DNA of 64,000 nt from Cyanophora paradoxa CCMP329. Its lineage: Eukaryota; Plantae; Glaucophyta. The stretch is from the NCBI GenBank assembly GCA_004431415.1, contig QPMI01000005.1, forward strand, positions 1,178,001 through 1,242,000. The letters run 5' to 3'. Positions 11,604 through 25,105 of this stretch are shown here, one piece after another. Below the pieces are notes generated by a model, which was not told the origin of the DNA, ran no database searches, and saw nothing but the letters and a program-made list of their open reading frames with translations. Position 1 is the stretch's first letter; each line of letters starts with the position of its first letter. The position numbers and the translations under genes were made by a program.

Positions 11604-13600
11604 GATCTAGCTACCGCCGCAGCCTACCGGCGCGGTAGAGGCTGCAGAGCTCCAAGGCTCCGAAGCTCCGACTCAGCCTCCGAGGAAAAAAAAGGTAGTC
11701 GGCGCATGCTCTTAGGAGGCCGATCGTCTCTTAAGTACGTGAATCCTCCACTCCAGTTGAAGGAACAACGACTGTTGAGCCTATCGCTACGAGTTTTTTG
11801 GACCGGCGGATCTTCGCTCCATACAAACTTGAAACCGGATCCGAGTCAACTTAATTGACTAAACTCGGCCGACTTGCTAGACTCGTCCCGGCGTCCGAGT
11901 CAAATTAGTACGGGCCGGTCCCGAGTCTAGCAACTCGGGGAAGATCTGATTGGGCACTGAAGATCTTCGAAGATTTCCCGGAAAACTATTTGATTGGCCA
12001 ATGCTGACGTGACACATGCTGACGTTGATATTTTTTCACAAAGCCCATATCAAGGGCGGTGGCGAGTGTATTTGTTCAGTAACATCATCGTACGCACTAC
12101 CGGTTCCGAATAGGCCGAACTCTGGGTCAGAGCATAACCTGAGGCCGGAACACAGGGATAGGCGCCTCGACGCTACAGCTGAGCGTTTCTCTTGTGGGAG
12201 GGGGCGTGGGAGGGGGTCGTAGGTGTGAGTGTAGGTGTGGGAGTCGTGGCGCCGTGGGGGCCAGGCTTATCAGTCAGGGAAGAACGGGGCGGGGAGGGAG
12301 GGGGGGAGGGGGGCGGCGCGGGCTAGGGTAGCGGGCGCGCCCCCCGATTTTTATTGCGTGCGGGGCGCGGGGTGAGTGTGGGCCGGGTAGGGGCTTTATC
12401 GGGTGTGCCGCGGGGACGGGCGGTGGCGGGCGGGGTGGGCGCCCTAGTACTAGTAGGGTCGGGGGACAGAGGGGCGTGCATGCCATGCATGGCATGGGCC
12501 GCATGATGGGCGATATCGAATCATCGATGGGGCGCCGGCCGGGGCGGTAAATCGGGGGGTAGTTGTAACTTGTAAGTTGTAAGTTGTAACTTTTTAGTAA
12601 CTAGGTCGGTGTGTAGGTAGTGGACACCAATATAATCCGACATAATTCAGTCTCGCCACTTTCTGAATCTTGAATTCTCAGTCCGAGGCACCATCACGCC
12701 TTACAGCCCCAAGACCCTTGGGTCTCGCTTGTTTAAGGATCACCAGTGCACGCGATTTACCTCCTATTGTTCTATGAAAATGTCACAGTGTCACAGTGTG
12801 AATTCGAACATGAGGACATATGTATATGAACATGTAAATGACGAGTCATTGACGACGGATTATACGTTCGACTAGCGGTATCGCGGCGTCCGACGGTCGA
12901 TTCTGTCGACGTCGCGTCCGCATTCGTAGCTTGCAATTGTAATGTCGCAATTGCAATATATATATAGCATTTGTACATGTACATGTGAAAGAATTCAATC
13001 GGATCCCGGATGTTACAAATTAGGGGCTGCAGCTGGCGCGGGCGCCGGGTGGGAATGATGCTCTCAAGCTTTCGCCGACTCCGACTTTGTATACGCCTAG
13101 ATCCGAATCATCCGAGGATCAGATCTCGGCATCATCTCGCTCGTAGCATCATTTCACTGCACACTCTAATTCCAGAGTCCATGCACACACAAACACACAT
13201 TGAATTAAATAATCAATAGGGGGGAAGTGCCGAGCGCGCCAAAACGCGTGAGTCATAGGCTCATATATAGCTGTGTGTACCTGCTGCACCGCGCAGCTGC
13301 AGCGCTAGCTGCCGGCCGCTGCCGGGCCGAGAGAAGCCACGACTTATCCTTATACCTACTGATATCTAAGAGTTAGCCGAATCACCTATTCAGCGCTACC
13401 AAGTCTATTAAACTCATGATAACTATGAAACCTGAACATTCTCGATCTAGATCTGTACACTGGAAGGGTTTTGCGTTCTGCGTTCAATGAAAGGAGAGAG
13501 CGCAAATAGGAAAGGGAAAAGCAATGCGGAGTGGGCCGGGGTGGAGTCCGAGCGCGACAGTAATTATAATCAACGCCGAGGCCTAGGCCGCCCCCGCCGG

Positions 13601-16600
13601 TTACTCATCCTCGTCCTTCCCGATGCCGACGAAGTAGTGGTGCAGGTGGACGCACTGCGGGAAAGTGGGGGGGGGGGGGAGAACCGGATCAGATCGGGCC
13701 AGATCATGATCAGATCAGTTCAGATCAGATCAGATCTGATCTGAGCGGACCTTGAACACGACGTCCTTGGGGAGCATGCGGAGGATCTGCCCCGCACGGC
13801 CCGTCTCCTCCCCCAGGCGCGCCAGCATGGGGGCGAAGAGGTAGACTGCGGCGAAAAAGAAGAAGGAAGGTTCGCGAGAAGTCAGAAGCCAGAGAGAAAG
13901 AAAGCAACGCCGCGACGGGGAGCGCTAGCGGGGGCCGGGGCCGGGGGCGGGGACGCCGGGGGGCTGCAAAGGCCTAGGCCTGGGCCTAGGTCTGGGCCTA
14001 GGTTTGGGCCCGGGGCCTTTGCGCACTGTAGAGGGCGAGGAGGAAGAGTATGACGAAGGTCAGAATGAGCGCCTGTGTGTATGCAGCGCCTCCGTCAGAA
14101 AAAACTAACATGTACCCGGACATGGCAGCGCGCTCGACGATAGGGCGGGCCATGGCCACCGGCAGCCGGCCTAAGCCTTGGACGCTCGAGCTCGGCCTCA
14201 GCCTCGGGGCGAGCAGGGCGAAGCGGGGCGAGCGGGGCGGGGGCGGGGGCGGGCAGACCTCCATCATCTCGATGACGGCCATGGAGGCGAGCGACTCGGC
14301 GACGAAGGCCGCCGCCGCGCGGTTGAGCCCGTCGTCCAGGTCCCCGTCGTCGACCTGAGCCGGCTCGGATCAGATCTGATTCGGGGGGGGGGGGCGGGGG
14401 GGGGCGGGTGGGGGGGGAGAAGGCGGGCGCGCCTCCATCATCAGGTCGAGCTTGGAGGACTGCACGGCGAAGTTGTTGCTCTGCGGGGGAAAGAGAGTCG
14501 ACCTCAGCAGCCGATTCGAAGACCCACTCACTCGTGATCACTCGCGATCGCTGGTTTCACTGACCTGGGCGTAGCGCGCGTCCTCCTTGCCCGTGAGGAG
14601 GAGGTCCGGGGCCGTCTCCTGCTGGATCGCGACCACGAGGTCCAGGACGCCCATCACCAGCGCGTCCAGCCCGTTCGCTGCGGGGGCGGAGCTTAGCTAT
14701 AGCTCGCTTGCTTGGCGGAGGAAGGCAAATCTAGAGCGGGCTAAGCACCGACGAGCTGCATATCCGCCACGCGCCCCTCCACGCACTTGGCCTCCTGATG
14801 CGGGCGTCAGAAGGGGAGGTGGAGGGTACGTAGACGGGAGGAAGCTCGCACGTTGAGGCGGAGGCAGGAGGGGGTGTACATGATCTCGGCAAGGTGCCTG
14901 TTGCGCCCGTTGGCGCCGAGCACGTGGAACTCGGGGTCCCCGAACTTGAGCGCCTGGTGGATCTGCTTGAAGCTGCGCGAATTCGAGGAAGAAGCTCAGC
15001 GGGGCGGAGCTCAGCGGGCGCTCAAGGCTGCAAGTTGCGCACAGCGCCGCCTTCTTGACGAGGCGGGCGTAGATGTCGTCGCGGGGCAGGAAGATGGCGC
15101 CTGCACGCGTGCGGAGAGGGCGTTAGGGGGCGCCGAAACAATAATCAAGGGGGAGTACTATCACTAGTGCGAGGCTTGAGCTTAAGCGAGCAGGCGCAGG
15201 CTCAGGTTGCGCCGCACCGTTAATGTAGAGCTCGCGGGCGTAGAAGGCGACCTCCCGCGCGATCGAGCGCCGCTGCGAAAAACAAATTCGGTCAAGACAC
15301 TTTAAACTCGCAAGCTTCACTTGACCCGATCGCCCGATCGCGATCCAGGCGGCGCACGCGGCCGGCGAGGTTGATCTCGTAGGAGTAGTTCTTGCCGGCG
15401 TCCAGGATGACGAAGCAGACCACGAAGTTGACCACGAAGATGCCGGCCTTCGCGCGATATCGATCGGGATCGGTCAGCCGGAGCCGGGGACCGAAGAGCG
15501 GTGGCTGCGGCCGCAAACGCACGATCACGAAGAAGGCCGCGGTGTACTTGTATGTGAGCCTGCGGGGGCAGGGCAGGGCGGCGCGCGTCAGCTCGAGACA
15601 CTCGCGGGACGGCGCGTGCATGCGTGCGTGCTGGTCCCCGCTCGGCCAGGCCCGGCGCACTTGGTGAGGATGTCGGCGCCCTGCTTCTCGCCCTCGTCGC
15701 CCTTGCGCGCATTCTTCTTCTTCTCCTCTTCCTTCTTGCGCTCCTTCTCCTTCCTCTTCTCCGCCTTGTTCTTTGCGGCCTCGTCCGCGTCCTTCGGATC
15801 CTTGTGGCGGTGGTGGTGGCGCGAGTGGGCCTTGGCGTCGTTCTCCTCCCCGTCCGCCGCCGCCGCCGCCTCCGCGGCGGCCTTGCGAAGGATGCCGCCG
15901 CCGGCGGCGCCGCCGCTGCTGCCCAGGCGGGCGAGCCGCGGCTTCTGCGTCAGCTGGAGGCTCGTGCTGCGGCTGCGGCGCTTCTCCCGCTTCTTCTCCG
16001 CCTCCTCCTGCTTCGGGTCCCACCCGGCGTCGTCGCGATCGCTCGCGATCGAGGCGCTGCTCCTGGAGGCGGGGGCCGGGGTCCCAGAGGCCACGTTGAG
16101 CTCCGCCTTGTCGGGGTCCGCGGCGCGGAGCACGTGCACGGCCGCGCTGCTCGCGTCGTCCGCATCGCGCAGCTCGGGCAGCGCCAGCACCGCGTACCCC
16201 TCCTCGTCGCCGTCGCCGCCGGCGCCCGGCGCCCCGCTGGAGCGCGAGCGCAGGGTGTCCGCGTCCTCGCCGCCGCTGCCGGCGTCGCCCAGGCCCTCCA
16301 GGATGTCCTGTAGCGGCGCCGACGTCAACTCCAGGTCTACAACCACGGCGGGGGCCCGGGCCGGCCCGGGCCCCGCCGCCGCCATCGATCCCGCCAGGAG
16401 CCGCTGCCGGTCACTGCCGCGCGACGGCGGCGCCGAGGCGCGGCGGCTCCCCGCGCTGCCGCCGCGGCTGCCGGCGCCCTCGGCCGAGAGCGAGCCGGAC
16501 GCCAAGACAGGGGCCGGCGACGGCGCGGCCACGGCCACGGAAAGGGTCGCTAAGCCGGCACCGCGCTCCTTGGATGCGGGGCGGACGGGGACTGCTGCGT

Positions 16601-18700
16601 CGCCGCCCTCGGCGCCCGTCGTCTCGAGGTCCGTCGCCTCGTCTGCGCCCCTCTTGACCTCGTACTTCTTGCCCTTGGAGTTCTTGGACTTGTTCCGCTC
16701 CTTCTTCTTCTCCATCCTGCGCTCCTTCTTCTTCTCCTCCTCCTCCTCCTCCTCGTCGCTCGAGTCCGAGGAGTCCTCGTCCTCGCCGGCGCGGCGCCGC
16801 TCCTTGTGTGACCGGGAGCCGGAGCGCCGGCCTCGCCTCGACCCGCCGCGGCCGGAGCGGGCCGACTTCTGGCGCCCGTCGAGCTCGTCCTCCGATCCCG
16901 ATCCCTTGCCGCGGCCGCCGCCTTCGCTCTTGGAGCTGTCGGACGAGTTGCCGCCCTTGTTGGCGCCCTCGCCGCCCTCGCCGCCCTCGCCCTCTTCCTC
17001 CTCCGAGTCTCCCTCCCGGTCACGCTTCTGGGCCTTGGTGTAGTGCTTCGCCACCTGCTTCAGCACTGCGCGCGAGAAAAGAAGAAGAAGGGGCGCGGGT
17101 GAGCCGAGCTGGGCTGAGAGGTCGAGGGAGCGGCGGGAGGGCGGGGCTTTTTTTGCAATTGTTCGAAGAAGCAGCTAATTTTGAGCCACATCATATCGAG
17201 AGATTCGAGAGCTTGCTTGCTCGCTCGCTTGGAAGCTTGAGCCTAGTCTTTCTTTTTGGGGCGGCAGGCGGGCGGGCGGGCGCACGGGGCCGGGGGATGC
17301 CCTCGAGGATGTCGCTCATGCCGCGCATCGTCACCCGCACCTTCGCGAACGAGGGCCTGCATGGGCCGCGTGTGCGTGCGGGGCGCGCACGCGCGCGGTC
17401 AGCACACATAAGCTGCTATCGCGATCTAGATCTGCCGGTTCGAACGAAGGGCCCACCGGAAGACGAAGGCGGCCTCGAAGAGGAGGGTCAGGCACGAGAA
17501 GATGCAGATGCCGAGCAGCACGAACTGCGCCTTCTCGATCGTCTTCATCACCTGCGCGCGCGCGGCGCGGGCGGGAGGGCCGAGGGCGGCCTCAGTCCAG
17601 GTTCGGATCGATCCACGGGGGCGGGGGGGCCGAGAGGGCCGGGTTGGAGGGCCGAGGGCGGGAGGCCTAGGGCCGGGTTGGCGACGCTTGCTTAGAAGCC
17701 GCTGCTAGATTTCTCATTCTCGGATTCTCTGTGTCTAATTTCTTTCTTCTTCTTCTTATTATTATTATTTTAAAGAGAAAGTAGAAAGAAGGGGCTTCTA
17801 GAAAGCAAGCTCGGGCGGGGCGCCCCGGGGCGGGCGGGCTCGGGCGGGCGGGCCGGGGCGCACGTCGTCCTCGTAGACGTCTCTCACTAGAAGGCAATTT
17901 AAGAATTGTCTCCCTGGTCACTATAAGCCACTATAAGAATGTATATATGTTTGTTTCGCACGCACGTCGTCCTCGTAGACGCCGGCGCCGACGTTGAGGG
18001 CGTCGAGGATGCCGAAGATCGCGTTCTGGAAGACGTACCGAACCTCCCGGATCCGCGTGATGTCTGAGGCGTCGTCCGTTGTTCGGTTCGGTTGGATTGG
18101 ATGGGCGGGGGAGGAGCGCGCGCTAGCGCACCCCGGAAGTTTTCGAGCTGCATGAGCGAGATGCGCCGGCACATGAGCATGCTGCGGACACAGGTCATCG
18201 TCGTCCCAGGTCGGGCGGGTGAGCTTGAGCTACAGCGGGGGCGGGCGGGCGGGCGCACAGGGCGTTGCCGGCGTCCCAGATGGTCTGCTTCTCCTTGATC
18301 TCGTAGACGGGGGGCCCCGGGTAGTGCAGCACGACGTCCGTGTCCTTGCGCTTCCAGTAGCTCACGATCTCGGGGTTCGTGCTGGCCGGGAGGCCGATGT
18401 CTGCTCGCGATCGCGCGCGCGAGCGCGAGTCAGGCGCAGATCTAGATCTAGACGAAGGCGGATGCGCATATATATATGCCTCCACCCTCTAACAACAACT
18501 GCGAGTCGAGCAAGCTCCGTCCGCGGGCGGGCGGGCGGGGCGGGGCGGACCCTCGTAGCCGAAGTAGAGGCCGCGGTGGTCAAATGAGAAGTCTTTGGAG
18601 CGGGTCCCGATCTCGCCCGCCCAGTGCGCGAAGAGCTCCGTCCCTTGAGAAAGGAGGAGGAAGAAGAAGAGAGGCCCAAGTCAGCGGCAGGGCTGATCTG

Positions 18701-18733
<33 letters not shown>

Positions 18734-21700
18734 CGGCGCGCGCACTGTTGTTGCGGGCGGCGAGGTGCATGTGGCGGATCATGGCGTTGACGTGGACCGC
18801 GCGGCGCCGCTGGAACGAGAGGAACCGCAGCCGGTTGTTGTTCTGCGCGTACTCCACGAAGAGGAGCTGCGGGCCGTGCGCGGGTGAGCCCCCACTGCCC
18901 AGCTTGTCCGGCCCGACCGGCGCCCACCTTGACGGCGATGAACATGGCGCAGGCGAGGCCGCCGAGGAGCAGCAGACCGATGACGACGCCCCTGCGAGGC
19001 CAGGCCGGTGAGCTCGAGCTCCAGCGAATCCGGAGGCGATCGCGAGGCGCCGAAAGCTCAAGCTTCAGCCAAGGGAGCGCGCGGGTCCCGGCCCCCGGGC
19101 CGCACGGACCAGAAGAGGCGCTTGACAGCCTTGGTCTCGTTGGAGCGGAGCTTGAGCTCCTTGTTGGCGGCCCGCTTCTTGGCGGCCGCCGCCGAGGAGG
19201 AGGCCCCCGACGAGGCCGACTGCGACTCGGAGGCCGACTGCGTGCCCCCGCCGCCGCCGGCCGACTGGCTCTGCGACTGGCTCTGCGAGGCCGAGAGGGA
19301 GGCCGTCTTCGACTCGGACTCCTCGACCTCTTCCGCCTTCATGTAGTAGAGCTGCGCCCGCGCCTTGTCGTTCTGCGCGCCGCCGCCGGTCCGGTGTCAG
19401 CCGCGCCCCCGACCGCCTCCCTGTTCGAATTTAGAGCGGAAAGCACCAGGCAGTGCTCGAGGAAGGATGCGTAGGAGCGGAGGAGGATCTTCGAGTTGCC
19501 GTAGCCTGCGAGCCGGCGGGGCGCTAAGCAGAGCACATCGGAGAAGGGCCCCGGGCAGGGCGGGGCGGGGCGGGGCGGGGCGCACGCTTGATGAGGACGA
19601 TGTAGGCGTTCTCGGCGGTCAGCGCCGCGTGGTGGATGTCCGCCAGCCTGTCGACGTCTCAGGTGAGGCTGGCGAGGCTGGCGAGGCGAAGCGAGGCGAA
19701 GCGAGGCGGGCGGGCCTGCGAGGGACGTCGTCGAGGGCCCCCACGACGTGCAGGTTCTTCTTCGTGAGCTGCACCCAGAACTGCCGCGTCAGCTTCAGCG
19801 TCCTCGTGTCTGCGGGCGCGCGCCGCGCGGATCCGTCAGGCCAGCGGAAAGCGGACAGCGCAAGCACAGCGAGGCGCACGGCTCTGCCTCGCGCTCTCGT
19901 ACTGCTTCTTGGCGTCGGCGGAGCTGAAGAGGTCCGCGGCCGCGATCTGGCCGGTCTGGCCCCCGCTGTAAACCTGCGTCTGCCGCTCCCAGCTGCAGGC
20001 GGGGCGCGGCGCGCATGTCAGCCGCCGCCTCAAGCTTCAATCTTGGCTTAAGTTCGAAAGCTCAAGCTCATGCTTCAATTTTAAGCTTCAGCTCGAGGAC
20101 CGGGCGCACAAGAGCTTGGTTGCGTGCAGCTCGTATCTGTAGTCAATGGTCGGCTCCTTGCGCCACCTGCGGCGGGGCGGGGCCCGGCCTCAGCGGGTTG
20201 GGGGAAGGGCGGGCGAGGGCGCGGGGTGCGGGGCGCGCCCGACGCGGATCTCGGCGTTGGCTGCGTTCGCGTTGTTCCCGTACGCCCTCAGCAGGTTCGC
20301 CAGCTGCGAATGCAAGCGAGCGCGGCCGGCCAGCCTCGTCGTCAGCAAGTCCAGGAGGAGGGATCATCGAAGGAAGCTGCGCTCGAAGGCAGACTAGTAC
20401 TCGCCTGGAGCTGGAGGTAGGCGGAGGAGGGGAACTCGCCGATCGCGTAGCGGTAGATCGCCTCGGCTTTCTGCGAAGGGAATGAAGGAAGGGATGCGGG
20501 AGGAAAGGGAAGAAGAAGAAGAAGAAGAGGGGCGGACGGCGACGGCGGGCTGGGCGGAGTCGCGGCGCAGGAGCGCCCGCACGGCCAGCTCGGCGTCGAA
20601 GTGCGACTTGAGGTCCAGCTTGTCCACCTCCTCCACCCGCGAGAGCTTGTCCGCCTGCATGCGTTGGGCTGGGCTAAGAGGCTAGACTAGGCTAAGGCGG
20701 GGCGACCGGGCGCGCTCGCTCGCTCGCTCGCCTGCCAGTAGCGGAACCAGACGAGCACGAGGCCCACAGCGAAGGCCAGGCCGCCGAAGGCGAGGGCTGC
20801 GGCCGAGCCGAGGGCGCGGGCCGACTCGCCGGGCTGCCCAATCGACGTGAGCACGCACGACGCCAGCGCCAGGAAGGAAGCAGACGCGAGGAAGCCTCCC
20901 CGCTGCGGGCGGGCGGGAGTCGGCGCAGGCGAAGCGGGCTGGCCCGGCTGGGGCCGGCCGCGGGGGGCGCACGATGTAGTTCATGATGGGCTTGTAGGAC
21001 GGGAGGAAGGAGAAGTGGAGGTAGAGGGGGTACGCGGTGCACGCGAGCGAGACGATGCACGCGACGAGGTCCGTGGAGGGTACGGCGATCGTCTGCGCCA
21101 CCATCGCAACCCGAGCCAGGCCATAGACCGCGTGGAACCTGCGCGCGGGGATTCGAACCCGGCCCGGAATTCAACAAACAACGGGATCGAAAACAAGGCG
21201 GGTCGGACCGGCCGTGCGGGCGGGACTCGTAGTCGGGGCAGCTGATGTGGTTGTGCCGGAACAGGAAGAAGTAGAGGGTGGAGAAGAGGAGGAAGAAGGA
21301 TAGGATCGCCCCCGAGACCGCGGCGTACACGGTCTGGGGCCGGTGAGCAGATCAAATTGCGCAGATCGAATTGCGCACCCACTGGAGGTTCAGGCAGACG
21401 AAGAGGGGGGGCGATGCCGGATCTGTGGGAAGGGCCGGCCGCAGGTCGTCCTGCCAGGCCCAGGCTCAGGTGAGTCCGAGCCCCCGCGCGCGCCCGCGCG
21501 CGCCGCGGGCCGCCCGACGAAAGAAGTGCGAGCCGCGCACCTGCCCGCAGGCGAAGACGTTCGCGTACAGCTGCGACGGAAGTCAGAAGACGGCGCTCGC
21601 GGGGGGGGGGTACTGCAGCTCGCCTTCAGATAGGGAATGTAGAGGCCGAAGAGGAGAGCCTGCCGGGGGCGGAGGCGGGCGGGGGCGGGGGCGGGGCGTC

Positions 21701-22650
21701 TCGGAACCGGCGGGCTTGGCCCGGCGAATGCGCGCGAATTAAAGGCGTACCCGGGTGACCATGGACATGTAGATCTGAACCTCGCGGCCCTTTCCCTTCT
21801 GCGCGGGAGCCAAGTCAGCTCGTCCGATCGCGAGACCGGCGCCGGTGCCTTATGATCAGGTGAGGCCGCACCGACATCCTGAGAATGTAGTACCCGAACG
21901 CCAGGACGGCGTACAGCGTCAAAACGAAGTAGACCCAGAAGGTTCGCTGCGCGCGGCGCGGCCGAGGCTTCAGATCAAATTGGATCGAATTCGAATTCGA
22001 ATTCGAATCCGAACCGTGAAGGCCTCCCAGCTCTGCTGCGTGAAGAGGAGGTGCAGATCCAGCCATGAGACGAGCGGCCGCGTGACTCCCGGGTCAAAGC
22101 CTGCGAGCGGCCGCAAATCAGAACGAACGACGGATCCGTAGCCAGCTGCAGGCCCTTAGCGAACCCGAGAACCTCCCGATGACGAGCGCCAGCAACTGGA
22201 GCCCGTCCACGATGGCCCAGAATACCGCCAGCACTTGTTCTGCGCAGAGCTCGAGTCATACATCGCCACGGATATCGATAGGACGGCTGCCCGCGGAGAA
22301 GGCGCCCACCTCGCCTGTTGGTATACTTCTTCGTCGTTATCTCGGTCTGGGCGCATGCGCGATTAGGAGCCGAGGATAACCCGCGCCCTTGGCAGCAGAC
22401 CAGGGCGACTTGGACTGAAAACATCGACCGCCATAGCTGCGCGTCCGGCCCGGAGCGCGCGGATTAGCTCGGCAGCGGGGGAGCTTGCAAGGGCGCAGTC
22501 GTCTCGCACCCGGTCTTCATTCTGCCGGAAACGAGTTCAGCAAGACGTGAGAAACGCGCTTAGCTTGCGAGCTGCTCGCACCTTGCCGACTGCTCCATCT
22601 TCGGCTATCCGCTTCTCCATCGCCGAGTCGCGCGCGTACGGACAACCAGC
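13601..22650 (-). CDS. TmcB/TmcC (tiny macrocysts)-like multi-pass membrane protein with TPR-like region, no PAS domain seen; many exons, start uncertain
   Basis: The N-terminal TM bundle includes VLAVFWAIVDGLQLLALVI, LFGLYIPYLKLYANVFAC and HFSFLPSYKPIMNYIRGG. The TPR-like block includes AEAIYRYAIGEFPSS, KKQYESAR..TRQFW, YGNSKILLRSYASFLEHCL and AQLYYMKAEEVE. Two TM-loop-TM modules follow, with a long low-complexity loop at 15660-17066. The C-terminus is FAPMLARLGEETGRAGQILRMLPKDVV...HYFVGIGKDEDE with a stop at 13601. Confidence 0.8.
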
Positions 22651-23316
22651 TGCGGGGATCGCTCTTCACGCGTGCGCTGCAGCTCAGGGATGTCCAGGTC
22701 GCTCCTCGAGGGAAACTGCGATCAAGTTTGCTAGCTACACGGCGAGCGCAGAGTGCACTGTGAGCTGGCGCGTACTCGCAGGCGCGGTGCGCTGCAGCTT
22801 CCTCTGAAGGGAACCAAGGCATTGGGACCATAGTTGCCCGGAAAAAAACGGGGGTACGCCCATCGCGCGTCGCAGGCTCTGTTCGAGTTGAGAGCCTCTG
22901 CGTCGTTCCGCGAGTCGAACGGACGCCACCGTCGTCGAAACTGTCGAGTCGTCCGGTCCTGGTCCGGATCCGACGATTAGAAGTTTAATGAGGTTAATAC
23001 ATATAAGGCTCAGCAGTGAGTCCACCGGATCCTTCATGATCAATTGCAAGCTTAAGTTTTCAAGTTTCGCAAGTTACCTATCAATGAGGCTATCATGATC
23101 ATGATCATCGGATCATCGGATCATGACCATCGGATGATTCGGATCATGCAGGCTGATGATGGCCGCTGATCATGCAGCGGCCAAATTGGCCAATGCATAT
23201 GCGGCATGATATGCCTTCATTGGCCAAAATTAGAGCTACTAGTAATGATTTACTTCAGATCGACGTCCAGCCTCGGTCCAGCTCGCGGCCCGATCGATCT
23301 CGATCGAAGCAAGACG

Positions 23317-24873
23317 CTATTTTGAAAGAGGACCAGGACGGCTCGCGTTACAGAGTCGCGCACGTGGCACTGCTACTACGTGCTCACGGGAGTCACGGCA
23401 CGGCATGGCGCGCGAACCGCGCCTACCCCCCGCGAACCGCCGCCCCCAGCAGCGCCGGCGCCACGTCCGCCCGCCCGGACGCACAAGCGTCGTGCAGCGC
23501 CGTGGCACCCTCCGCGTCCTGCGCGCGCGCCGCGTGTGAGAAGCGAGCGCCGAGCGGGCGGGCGGCGGGTTGAAGTTGACGCTCACGCTTGGGCGCGCCC
23601 GGCGGAGGCCAGGGGTTCGGCGCAGAGCTCCAGCAGAAGCCCCCGCGAGAGGGGGCGCACGCGCCTTCAGCGGAGAGGTCCGGTGGAGAGGTGGGCGGCT
23701 TCCGGAGCAGGAGCGGAGGGAAGTACCGGTCGGTCCGCCGGACGCCATCGAGGCCGCCCGGACGCGGACCGGCGCGAGTGCGCCCGGAGGGGTACGGACG
23801 GACAGGTTCAGGTGAGCGGCCTTCTCGACCGGGTTCAGGTGAGCGGCCTTCTCGAAGTGCCGGCGGGGCTCCCGCAGCGGCGCGGCGTCCGTGTCGAGCT
23901 GCTCCGGGGTCTGAGGCGGAGCCACAAGCCGGCGCGCTTCGTTCGCGATCCGCTCGACTTCCTCTGCTGCGGCGGGCGGCCGGCTCAGGAGGGGCGCGGC
24001 GGGCCGAAGGAGAAGGCGGCGCACGCACTGCTCGGAGCTCCCGAAGGGCGGGGAAGCGGCCGAGGAGGTAGCTCAGCCCGGCGGGGTCGTACGCTGAGTA
24101 CGCGGACGACACGTCCAGGCTCTGCAGGCGGGGCAGGCTGCGCCGAGGGGGGTACACGTCAGAAGGGGGGGGGGGAAGGCTTCGGCGCCCGCACTCGAAG
24201 TCAAGGAGGGGGAAAGGAGTTGAGGGGGACCTCGGTGAAGGCTAGTGTAGGCTTCGGTGAATTTGGCGTCGAGGTGCGTGAGCCTCGGGCAGGCGCGCAG
24301 GATCCCGAAGAGAAGGGATTCCGCCCGCGTCGCGGTGGGCGCTACTGCTGTGCTTGTGTCCGAGGTGGCCGGAAGCTCACTCGGGGCGGTGCACCAATCG
24401 AGCGGGTCCGGGTGGCCAAGGGGCCGGCAGCTCGCTTTCTCGACGCGCGCGCCGGACATAGCACACAGCCACGCGACATCCAGCAGCGTATCGCCTGCCG
24501 AGTCCGGTGCGCTCGTCGTGCGATCACCCTGCAGCGAGCGTGAGTGGAAGGCAATGCACATGCATGCGAACGCTCCCACGGGCAATCGGCGCACCGGGCG
24601 GGCTTCTGCGCGGCCGCCTACGAAGTCAGGCTCTGTGAAGAGCTTCAAGGACTCCCCGTACGCGAGCTGCTGGAAGCGGCGGCTCGCCGAGGCGAGGCCG
24701 CGAAGGACCGCCATCGTGCCGCTGCCCGCGGCCGCTTTCTCCATCACCAGCAGTATCAGCTCGTCTGCGTTGTAACGCATATCTCAGCTCGCACGCCGGA
24801 GCAACGGGAGCAGAGCAGATGACAGACACGCACCCGGTAGGCTCATGAGCGACGCGTCCTGTTGCTCGGCCAT
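23317..24873 (-). CDS. F-box/LRR-like protein; 3' end approximate
   Basis: Spliced N-terminus MAEQQDASLMSLP|DELILLVMEK...LRGLASASRRFQQLA is an F-box. LRR-like units are ILRACPRLTHLDA, SLPRLQSLDVS and FPALRELR. There is an internal 24-bp duplication at ~23805-23854 (EKAAHLN twice). Confidence 0.7.
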
Positions 24874-25105
24874 CGCTGACCGCGGCCGCTGACGGCCACC
24901 GCTCTCTCCAGGACACACGATGAGCTCGTCTGTAATGCAACAGCTCAGATCGCACGCTGGATTGATAGGCGAGCTCAGCGCGGTGAGAAGACCAGGGCGA
25001 GCTCAACGCGGTCTCGTGATCCCCCATCGTTTCGCACTGCTCCGCTGTTCCCGCACGCTCGCTCGGGCTCGACCGCGTCTCGGAAAAAAGGCTGTATCCC
25101 CCTTC

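Noticed and set aside
15616-17043. Long plus-strand ORF (475 aa) and many similar Arg/Pro/Ala-rich ORFs in the track, such as 52664-54964 and 60858-62666
   Set aside because: They are antisense or off-frame shadows of real spliced genes in very GC-rich DNA where stop codons are rare.
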